DNA of 64,000 bases. Source: Mytilus californianus. Lineage: Eukaryota. Made by a program: the position numbers and the translations under genes. Below the pieces are notes generated by a model. It made no database searches and was not told where the DNA came from. It saw nothing but the letters and a program-made list of their open reading frames with translations. The stretch is taken from contig NW_026262734.1 of assembly GCF_021869535.1 (NCBI RefSeq), positions 22,258,001 through 22,322,000 of the forward strand, written 5' to 3'. The number at the start of each line of letters is the position of its first letter. Position 1 is the stretch's first letter. Below are positions 22,860 through 34,425 of the stretch, in pieces.

Positions 22860-23989
22860 TTGTCTTGTAGATGCATTTATTTTAGATACTGTTGAATATG
22901 CTTTATGACTTTCAAGTGGATTTTTGTCAGACTTTATCTGTTCTGGGACCAATAGATAAATGTTTTAGTCCAAGATTTGTTAGCAATTTTAATTGCAAGT
23001 TATCAATATTGTTTAAAAGATAAGATGGGAGTTTCAATGATATTGTACAATTCTTTCATGGGCTTTCCCCTGTGAAGAACAAATCATCGAATAATTAGTG
23101 GTACAATGGTATAACTGGATTTAAATTCCTGCATTTAAAACAGCTGTGCTTTTAAATACAATATTGTTGAAAGCCTATTGTAATCAAAAGCGTAACACAT
23201 GAGGTAATGTTCTGGATCTGCATATAAAATATCTGACAACCAGAATTTTGTGTTGATGACAGCTCAGGAACTAGCAAAATCTTGTGCTCTTCTTAATTAA
23301 ATTGTTCGTCATACAATTTCAACATGAAATCTACATAACATTTAGCTCCTAACTGGATTGCTTGTATAAATTTCAACAAATCATGAGAATGTGATGCATG
23401 CATTGTACAATATGTATTTATGTAAATTAAAAATACTGCAGTTCAAATTCATGTTGTGTTACTTTTAGTATAATGTTGCTTAGGTTGTCGTTTAAGATGG
23501 CCATGATATGTTATAAGTGTTTTATTTGCCCATGTTATGTTTCGAGAATAATTAATGAACTACCCATGTCAACGTATTCCCAAACTCTGATTTTTGTTTT
23601 ACATTTTGTCCTACATTATTTGCTATATGATCTGGTGTTTTAAATATTTCAACGGGTAATATATAATCTGCATAAATGACAGATGGGTGTGAGGTTTAAC
23701 CAGGTGAACAACGTTGATAAATTGTTTCTGTTGAAAGTACTATGGTAGTTGACATTAATGGAATAAGAGGAAGAACGACATTAGTTAATAGAACGCATTG
23801 TTGTAGGCGTTGAGATACTTGTATTCGAATAGTGGTTACACTTGTCCCCGAGGAACATGAATATAACCTAGTTGTAATACTTACTGAAACATCTGAATGT
23901 TGGCGCTTAGCCTTCTTAACCGCTGCTGTGGCATGTCCACTATTAGCCCTATTCGTTTGTGTCCTCTTTCTTTCTGATCTTCTATACAT
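22860..23989 (-). mobile_element. Decayed 5' region of a Naiad-type Penelope-like element (N-terminal GIY-YIG region)
   Basis: Stop-riddled frames give KNTYNISWPS*TTT, FN*EEHK, NTKFWLS and LMCYAFDYNRL, resembling recalled mussel PLE N-terminal sequence; not verified by search. Confidence 0.45.
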
Positions 23990-26983
23990 GGTCTGATCCG
24001 AAACACAATAATAACCTGTTAATTACACTGCATTTGGATACATGTAGTAATATTAATGTATTCTTGAATAAAACATGAGTGCACGTACCAAACCACACAC
24101 GAATATCATAAGGCTAGGTGATGGCGTAAAAAGGACGACGATTTGTGCATGGTAAGGCTAACATGGCCGCACCTTACCAAATCTGCATATTTGTACTTGT
24201 TCTGTGGCAGTCATGTTTTTTTTCAGGAAAGATACCAATAGATAAATTGACTTAAGTATAAAAACTTCGTTAGGCTACCAAATATCAACAACCGAATACA
24301 TGTCTAACAGGTTAGATTAAGGGTTATTTCAAATTAAGATATTCCTAGATTGCCAATTAGACCACTGTTTACCAAAGACGAGAAGTCAAATATGTGAACA
24401 ACTATAAATCACCATGGGGCTTACTGCAATATGAAAAAGCCGTATCGCATAGAAAGCTATCAAAGGCCCCAGGATGACAAAATGTGAAACAAATAAAAAA
24501 GAAAACCATTTATGCTGAAAACAATTAAGTTAAACGAAAACAAATTATGGCAGACATCCCTCAACGATAATTGCTGGAATACAGGCTCCTGGTTTTGGGC
24601 AAACGCATACAAAATGTGACGGGGTTAAATACATCTGTGAGCATCCAACCCTCCCACGAATCCTGTGTAATAGACTATAGATATAAACAAACAGTTGTTT
24701 AGTATTTAAAAAAAAAATACTCAATATCTAATAGTGGGTTTTTTTATATTTTTTTTTCAGAAATTTAGCGCGTTTCTAACTTTCAAATTGAAAAATGTAA
24801 GTAAGTAAACTGTATGTGTTGCATGACTGACTCATATTTATTTTATCACTTTATAACTTTGAGTAGCCTAGGCTAGATTATGATCAATTTATTCTAAGGC
24901 TTGTATTCGTAAATAGTATACAGAAAAGGAACAGTAACATTTTGAATATATCAAACCAGCGAAGAAACATATTTCGTTTTAAGGACTTTTCCTTAATTGA
25001 AAATTAAGGAGCTGATCATGAAGTTAATTAAAAATTAAATACAATTAGATAAAAAAAATACCTTTTGCTCTGTTAAACACCAGTTATTGGAGTCAACAAT
25101 ATATATTACACAGGTAGACATCGTTCTATATTTCGAGGCAACCAAAGGGATTTCGGAAATAATACTGTTATAAGCAATTGATTTTCTAATAATGAATATT
25201 GAAACGTTTTGGTATAAAAGGCGTTCTAATTTTAAGGCTATCAAATGGATTGTTTGATTAATAAGTGCGTAACGTCCACCACAAATATTTCTGTAATATT
25301 CAACGTGTTCAGGTCAATCTCTCGTTAGATAATTTAACTTGAACTAATATATATATATATGTATATGAAATTCATTGGACAAAATGCGATTTGATATAGA
25401 TATTGACTTTCTCCAAGGAATAAAACAGTTACACGTTATAATCATGGTTATATATTAAATGGATAACACATGTAAAAGACACCAAAAAGGCAATCAAAAC
25501 GTCAAGAAAAGAACCAAAGAAATCAAAAACCAAAAACACAAAAAACTCGACAATAAAAATAAGTAAAACAATCAAAACACCATGACATAAATGAAATAAT
25601 GAATAAATAAAAAACAAAAAAGGAATAGCAGATCTGTGTGTTAAGAGTTTGCATATGACATTTGCAAATCTGCAAAGACATACTGTTATTCCTATTGTAA
25701 TGCAACACATATACAATGTTTAAAATGAAACATTTGAAATATCCTGGAAACTTCGAGTAAGATTACGCAATGTTGTTATCAATAACTCTGACCGTCAACC
25801 GTGGCATTGATATATAATACATCTTCAATTCTAGATGTAAAAAGAGACTTTATCCATGATGAATAAATCTGCAAATATTCCTATTGACGAATACAAAGAA
25901 ATGTGGGATAAACTGATTGATTGGTGGTTGCTTTACGCCGCCTCAGCACAAAAAGGCTATATCGCAGCGATCGTCAGTGGGACAGGAACTCGACGAGATA
26001 GTAAAACCAATTGATATCTAAATGCGCTAGCTCTTGCTGCTAGGTCAGATCTTATTGAAAATAAAACAGAAAATGGACAGTTTACGATAGATTAATAATC
26101 TTAACATTAATGTTTGTTTATGCTTGAATCACTCTTCATCTCATCGATTCTGTATCTATACAAAAAAATACGATAAGAAGATGTTATTAGAACAAAACAT
26201 GAAGAACAGTTAGGTACACTTTTCACTTAATAATGTAGAAATCACCGTCTACAAATCATAAATACTTGAGACCAGAGATTTCTATTAGAACATTTAAATT
26301 CGCAAATTGCGAAAATCTCACGATTTCAAAAGGTGGCGATTTAACGAGGAAAGAAATGTCCATGTATTGGCATCGTTCACACAAGTAGGTAACGTCACCA
26401 TCCATAATAATACCGAATCAGCATTTTTTTATATGAAGACATAAATTAAGGCAACCTGTATCATTTGTAAACTTTAATTTGTTGCACCAGTAATTTGCAA
26501 CAACAAAAAATTGTGCTTACCTCCGGAATATCCACGTTTTAATTACGAAATATTTGCTCTGTGTCGAAGTGGAATCGACCAATTCTCCATGTTCGTGACT
26601 TATTACCGGATCTTTCAAAGAACAACCATACGAGGAACTAATGTGGGATAGGAACTGCTGAATATTCCAAATATAAAAAGAAGAATTGGTATGATTGCCA
26701 ATGAGACAACTCTCCACAAGAGACCAAATGACACAGAAATTAACAACTATAGGTCACCGTACGGCCTTCAACAAATGAGCAGTACATATGTGTACAGACC
26801 CTTTTATTTTTAAATGGTTTTGTTTTGCTTTGGTTTCTGTTGATCTCCCCCTTTCTTCTTTCATTGTAAGCAATAACGATACAACAAGATATGACATTAG
26901 GAATAGTTATTCTTTATTGTGTTTATTCAGAAAGAAAAATAAAACAAGATATGCATTGATGTACAAGTTGTAAAGACACATTT

Positions 26984-27640
26984 TCATATTTTAGATATAG
27001 TGTACAGTTGTTGCCCTTTGATACCGAAAGATTGTAATTTTTCGTCAGCTTTCACATAATCACTTGCTTCCACACTGAATTCATCTTTAAACCAAGTCCT
27101 CATTTTGTCAAAATTAACTGGAATTTCCCAATCCGTAGCGTCGTCGATAACAGTGAGGTTAACGCATTTATTTCCCATAAGTGATTTGATGATAGCAACA
27201 TACTTCTCCTGGTCCGTTAAGTTGATGGCATTTAAAGCACCACTATCCCAAACTGCTCCAAATCCACTTTCAATGCCTGCGTTAAACAGATAAAAATCAC
27301 AGCAATATAACCGTATTCTTCCATCATCACTTTTATATAATTTCCCTTTAAGCTCAGGAATTTCTACTATACTGTATCCTATTTTGTTCTCTTTAAAAAA
27401 TTCTTTCAGTGCTTCTTCACCACATTCGATTCCGACAACTTCGTGTCCTTTATCCCAAAGCCATTTCATTTCTACAGCTTTTCCACAGAGGGGAACGAAC
27501 GTTTTAACCTTTTCGCGATTGTTTAACAGTTTGTCAACGTGTTTAGTAAACATGTTGCAAAGTTCGGAAATGTGAAAATCTGTTTTGCCATCTTTCCACA
27601 ATTTTGTCCACTCGTCTACAGTCACAGTGCCATCTTCCAT
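26984..27640 (-). CDS. TPMT: TPMT-like copy 3 (218 aa, most canonical)
   Basis: WKDGKTDFH, FVPLCGKAVEMKWLWDKGHEVVGIE and VWDSGALNAI; acceptor cttttttag six nt before the ATG. Confidence 0.92.
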   Translation of the reverse strand: MEDGTVTVDEWTKLWKDGKTDFHISELCNMFTKHVDKLLNNREKVKTFVPLCGKAVEMKWLWDKGHEVVGIECGEEALKEFFKENKIGYSIVEIPELKGKLYKSDDGRIRLYCCDFYLFNAGIESGFGAVWDSGALNAINLTDQEKYVAIIKSLMGNKCVNLTVIDDATDWEIPVNFDKMRTWFKDEFSVEASDYVKADEKLQSFGIKGQQLYTISKI

Positions 27641-30576
27641 TATTAACTAAAAAAAGAAAGATGTTTGTAATAAAAAGAAAATAGGTTAGAGTAAAATAAA
27701 ATAAAACAGTACTGCATTAAAAAATAAGGATATTGCAGGGCCTTAGTTGACAGTTTTTGTTTACGCAAGAATCAGTTTCGTGGTAGCTCCTCCTTTCCAA
27801 CTAAAAATTTAAAGCACAATAATTAATGTTTAGAACTAAAAGGGGTAATTTCCCATATTTCTAAAAGGGCTTTATGTTATATGTAAAAAAGTGAAAAGTA
27901 AATCGCTTTAAGATCAAATATTCAAATCATAGAATTGTCTAAAACATATGCGACATTTTATCATACTGTGACGCACCACACTCAAATGGTAAGAATTAAT
28001 GAACAGATTTAAAAAAAAATCCTAGGGTGTAGAAAAGGTGGGCTTTCCCCAACTCCCCCTATTTTGATTTCTTTATTGGCAAACCATTTGTGTCTATGAT
28101 TTTGAATAATAAATATGAGCACAAGTATATATGTATAAGCATTCCCTTAATCAACACCCAAACACATTGTACACAACTTAACGGTTTGAAAAAAAATGCT
28201 ATAGATGTGAAAAAATTAATAATATTTAGATATAACCTAGTTTTGGACTGTTTTTATTTCTTTCTTTCAAATATTTCCCGCATTTCTAACTTAAAAATAA
28301 AAAAATTGAGGTTATTAACCTTCACTTGCTTAAAATGATAATTCAATTCGATGCCCAATAAACCACACTATTTCTTCTATATAATTAGAATATAATTTTA
28401 TGAACAAAGTTAAAATTGAAATTTTAAAATACAAAAACAGATCAGTAAACTTTTGAATACATTAAAACCTGAGAAGAAACATATTTGGTTCCAAATAATC
28501 AATTCTCATTAAGATATTATAATTTAAGCCATCACTATTTATTTATTGCTTTTGGCAAAATCAGATGTTTTGGTTTTTTTCTCTGAATGTTTTCACATTT
28601 TTCATGCCCATGTCTGTATACTGTGGTAAAATTTGAAGGCCGTACGCATGGCACGGTAAACTCTAGTTGTTTACATCCTCGTCCTTTGGTTTATGTTGGA
28701 AAGTTGTCTTATTGACAATCATATACCATATTCCCTTATTTTTATACTCAACATAAATTTGCTTAAATGTAAAATGAAATCCTACCTTTTAATAATTTGT
28801 TAACCCACCAGTTTACGCGTTTATATACCTGGATTCTACACCACTTGTCGATCCATATAAAGAGGTACCCAAAGGGTGTTTAGTGTTATTATTACTATAA
28901 ATAATTTCTAAAAATAGATATTGTGACGCCTTGGTATAGTATACGTTCTATATTTTGAGGCAACCAAAGGTCTATCTTGTTTGCTAATTTCATTGATTGT
29001 TGCTTAACGGCTAGTGGCAAAGATTTCCAACACAATTAAGTCTATCTTTTGTTAGATATTTTCGCTAAAATAATATTCAAATTACTGTAAAATATATGTA
29101 TAGACTCGGCAAAATAAACATATATTATACATGTTCACTTGAATAAAAACAGTTACACATTCATGATCAAATGGAGATAACAGGGAAAACACCAAGAGGA
29201 ATCGAAATGACAACCTGAAAAAGAACGAAATAAAATGAAATAAACTTAGCGAAAAAACAAAACCCACAGAAGAATAGACTAATATACTAAACATTTAAGA
29301 AGATGTTTTTAGAACAAAACATCAGGAACAGTTAGGTACACTTTTCACTTAATAATGTAGAAATCACCGTCTACAAATCATTAATATCTGGAATTCAAAA
29401 CAATTTCTTAAGACCAGAGATTTCTATTAGAACATTTAAATTCTCAAATTGCCAAAATCTCACGATTTCAAAAGGTGGCGATTTAACGAAGAAACAACTG
29501 TACATGTATATGCATCTCTCAGACAAGTAGGCAACGTCACCACCCATAATAACACCGAATCAGCACAGGACATTGTGCAAGGTAGCAATATATAGTTCTT
29601 TTTTATATGAAGGCATGAATTAAGGCAACATGTATCACCAATTTTTTAAGCTGTAATTTGTTGCCCCAGTAATTTTCAAAAAGACATTTCTGCTTACCTC
29701 CGGTAATTCTCTATTTTCGTGACTTATTACCGGATCTTTCAATGACCAACCATACTAAGAACTAATGTGGGATAGGAACTGCTGAAAATTCCAAAGTACA
29801 TATGTGTACATACACTTTTATATCTAAATGTTGTTTTTTTTTTGTTTTGGTTTCTGTTGATGCGGAGTATTAATATAATTTTTTTCGTGCTGTTATGATT
29901 TGATTTTTGTCCAATTTCTAGAGTTCTATTGATGAATTCTGCCACTTTTGGTGTTTTCCTCATAGATAACCAAGTCAACCTGATGTTCCCTTCTTATGTA
30001 CTTTGAAGTGTCATTTTCAATTTGGATACTTCTGCAATTTTATGTACAACTGTATTAACAATTTGCGTATATGGGTCTGTTGTTCATGAATATTGTTGCA
30101 ATATTATGCATAGCTTTTACAAGTGATAAATCATATCAGCAAAAAATAAAAATGACTTGACCACGGATATGTTCCACTAGTGTTACTGAGCAACAATACC
30201 TTAGCGTCTTCTTTTCTTCGATTGACATCACTGAATGCACTTTCTCACCAAATTTTTAATTACAAAGAAGCAACAAGACGGTTGCCAAAAAATGGAACAC
30301 AAATTGCTTACCCTTTCGGAACACATGAAGACTCCAGGGTTTTATCGATTTGTGTTGTTTTCTGGACAGTGTAGTCTATCTGCATGTTTTTTTTTGTGTT
30401 TATCGTTTGATCTTACTTCTACATTTTGTTTTGGATTTTCCCCTTGATGGCTTCTCCCCTTTTCTTCTTACGATACAACAAGATATGACATTATGAATAG
30501 TTATTCTTTATTGCGTTTTTTAGAAAGAAGAATAAAACAAGATATGCATTGATGTACAAGTTGTAAAGACATATTT

Positions 30577-31666
30577 TCATATTCTAGATATAGTGTAGAG
30601 TTGGTGCCCTTTGATGCCCAAAGATTTTTCGTCAGCTTTCACATAATCACTTGCTTCCACACTAAATTCATCTTTAAACCAAGTCCTCATTTTGTCCAAA
30701 TTTACTGGAATTTCCCAATCCGTAGCCTCGTCGAAAACAGTGAGGTTTACGCATTTATTTCCAATAAGCGATTTGATGATAGCAATATACTTCTCCTGGT
30801 CTGTTAAGTTGATGGCATTTAAGGCACCACTATCCCAAACTGCCCCAAATCTATATCAATAGCTGAGTTAAAAAGATAAAAATCGCAGCAATATAGCTGT
30901 ATTTTTCCATCATCACTTTTATATAATTTCCCTTTCAGCTCCGGAATTTTTACTATACTGTATCCGATTTTGTTCTCTTCGAAAAAGTCTTTAGGTGGCA
31001 CGGTAGTATTTCCTGGTCCATAGGGATAATGATAGCCTTTTTAAAATTTTCACCACTTTCTAACACTGCCAAGAATTCTACATACACAGTTAACTGATGT
31101 ACTTTCATTATAATATTCAGAAATGAATTTGAATATGTATCATGACCGTTTACTTTTTTTGCTATCTTTAAAACCCTAAGGCCACCAGTGCTTTTAGGTC
31201 TTTTATCATGCAGTGAATACAAAATTTAAAAAAATTCTCAAAAATTCATTTTCACCTGTATGTAAAATTATTTCATATTTTTCTACATCTGATTCAACCC
31301 TCAGTTTTGGAAAGTATGTTCAGTTGATACTGTATTTTCTGTCCAATCACACTGTTCAGATACATTGACTTAAGTAGGGTACACAAAAGAGCAACCTAAA
31401 TTCTGGAATGCAAATACTACCGTGCCACCTTAAAAAGCTTCCTCACCACATGCGATGCCAACTACTTCATGTCCTTTATCAAAAGGCCATTTCATCTCCA
31501 CGGCTTTTCCACAGAGGGGAACGAATGTTTTAACTTTTTCACGACTGTTTAACATTTTGTCAACGTATTTAGTAAACATATTGCAAAGTTCTGGAATATG
31601 AAAATCTGTTTTGCCATCTTTCCACAATTTTGTCAACTCGTCTACAGTCACAGTGCCATCTTTCAT
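30577..31666 (-). pseudogene. TPMT: TPMT-like copy 4, disrupted by a MITE and a frameshift
   Basis: 5' half 31430-31666 stops at the insertion; 3' half has a 1-nt deletion near 30855 and an in-frame 6-nt deletion near 30625; SAM-binding Glu changed to Ala; closest to copy 3, including flanks. Confidence 0.92.
30994..31429. mobile_element. 436-bp MITE inside TPMT copy 4 (PIF/Harbinger Tourist-like, or Kolobok)
   Basis: Perfect 18-bp TIR ggtggcacggtagtattt / aaatactaccgtgccacc; TTA at both 30991-30993 and 31430-31432. Confidence 0.92.
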
Positions 31667-34224
31667 TATAACTTAAAACAAATATAGTATCATCAAAAGA
31701 AAAAGTTAGAGTCAAACATGATAAAACGATACAGCATTAAGAAATAAGGATATTGCATGGGTGTTCACGTACAGCCTTAGTTGACAATTTTATTTTAACT
31801 GCACTAGAATCAGTTTTGTGATATTCCTTCCCCTTCCTCCCCCAAAAATGAAAAGCAAAACATGGCAGTCCAAAATTAAAAGAATATTTTAAGATCTAAT
31901 AGGAAATTTTTTCGCATAAATCTAACCGGATATTTTGATGTTATATGTAAAAGAGTGCAAAATAAATTGCTTAAAGATAAACAATTCGTCAGGTCACAGA
32001 AAGGTAAAAACAAATATGCTAAAAAGTAAAATAACAAAAATACCGAACTCAAAGGAAAATAAAACGGAAAGTCCTTTAACAAACGGCAAAATCAAAAGCT
32101 CAAACACACCAAACGAATGAAAAATAACTGTCATATTTCTGACTTGGTACAGGCATTTCCTTATGTCGAAAATGGTAGATTAAACCTAGTTTTATAGCTA
32201 ACTAAACCTCTCACTTGTATGACCGTCGCTGAAAATTCGTTTATATTGACAAAAATGTGTGGGCAAAAAACAAACAGACATAATAGGTAAAAATGTCAAA
32301 AAATTGGAGTACAGCAGTCAAAATTGTGTTATAAACTTAATCACTATAAAAACAAACAACCTTGTCAACAAAGAAAAATAAAATAGACGCTCTATAGACA
32401 AAGCACATAAGCAAAAACGAAAGACAAGAATACAAAAATGACCATCGCACAATAACACAATGGCGGGATGTATAAATACCGAGCCACGCCAACAGGATAT
32501 TACAGGAAAGTTAAAAAATATACAAAGCCAAATAAAAAGAGCACTACAAAACGTAACTAAGATAATAAAACAACGTCATTACCTAGAATCTATACTTCAA
32601 GACATTCATGTATTATATGTGAAGTTGATACGGAATATTCATCAACAAGGTCTTGATATCTTCCGATGAACTTTTTTAGAAATAAAATACGAGACGTTCT
32701 TTGACATAAACCTGGTTCATCAACTTTCTGCTCAGACAACGGTGACATTATATCATACTATCAACAGATGTTATGTAATTACAAAGCCTAGGGTGTAGAA
32801 AAAGTGGGCCTTCCCATATTTTGATTTCGTTAATGTCAATCCACTTGTGTCTATGATTTTGAAAAATAGATAAATAAACAGATTGTTTTAAATATGAGCA
32901 TAAATATATAAAGAAATAAGAAGATGTGGTATGAGTGCCAATGCGACAACTCTCCATCCAAGTCACAATGTGTAGAAAGTAAACAATTATAGGTAAAAGT
33001 ACGGCCTTCAACACGGAGCCTTGGCTCACACCAAACAGCAAGCTATAAAGGCCCCTAAAATGACTAGTGTAAAACAATTCAAACAGAAAAACCAACGGTC
33101 TTATCTATATAAAAAACGAGAAACGAGAAACACCTATGAACCACATCAACAAATGACAATCACTGAACAACTGGTTCCTGACTTAAGGCAGGTATGATAT
33201 CTTTCACCTCTCTTTAACAGATAAACATGAAGCGATAAACGTATAGTTTACGTTTATAGTCTACTGGTATCTTGCTACTGTTGAGAGCAAACGGTTATGT
33301 TCAAATTACTGTTTACATAACAGTTCAATTTTATGTCCTCCTTGTGGTCCGCGTTTTAGTCATGTCGATTTGATTCAAAATCATATTCAACTATTTGGAT
33401 GAAAACAAACTATACGTTTAAGGTCAATGTTAAATTCGTTCACTGTAGGAAAATATAGAATGTATTTGTACTCGCTACGAAACAGCTTTCCCGTTTCTTT
33501 TTTTTTCCGTTTCTAAAGCTCGTCCAATAAATTTTATATTTGCCTACATTGTACGAATATTGTATATATATTTGTGAATAGTGTATATACTGTTTTCTGT
33601 TTGTTTTCTATATCTGTGCTATTTATTACATGTAACTTTTGTTTACCATTGTATTGAAAAAAAGGTTTATCAGAATAATGATATATTTATAAACATTCCG
33701 TTAATCAACAATCAAATACATTTTACATATCCAAACGGTTTTTGAAATGCTACAGATGTAAAAACTGTGAGTACTATTTACAAATTAACTAATTTTGAAG
33801 TTTCTTTTCATTTATTTCTTGCAAATATTTCCCGCATTTCTAACTTAGTCACCTTTACCTGTAAAATGATTATCCAATTCGATGCAAATAAAACAACCGT
33901 ATTTCTAATTTCTAATTGATTTTAAAATTTCAATTTCAACTTTGATCACGAAATTACATTCTATTTATAGAATACAAAAACGGATCAGCAAAACAGTGAA
34001 TACATTAAACCCTCGCGATGGAATCCATTTTCTGGAAAATAATTAATTCTCATTGAGATGTTTTTTTAGCATAAATAGGATGGTTAGTTTTCTCTTTTGC
34101 CGGGGTCTTTTATAGCTTACTATACGGTTGATAATATTGATGAACTATAGTTGTTTGTAAACATCCTCGTACATTTGGTTTCAGTTGGATAGTTCTCTTA
34201 TTAGCAATCATATCATATATATAG

Positions 34225-34425
34225 TTAGCAAAGGTACCAGGTTTATAATTTAATACGCCAGACGCGCGTTTCGTCTACATAAGACTCATCAGTGACGCTC
34301 AGATCAAAATAGTTATAAAGCCAAACAAGTACAAAGTTGAAGAGCATTGAGGACCCAAAATTCCAAAAAGTTGTGCCAAATACGGCTACGGTAATATATT
34401 CCTGGGATAATAAAATCCTTAGTTA
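34225..34425. repeat. High-copy interspersed repeat (gcgcgtttcgtc...gactcatcagtgacgctc family)
   Basis: The same motif recurs in reverse orientation at ~57260-57350 and ~61745-61800. Confidence 0.7.
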
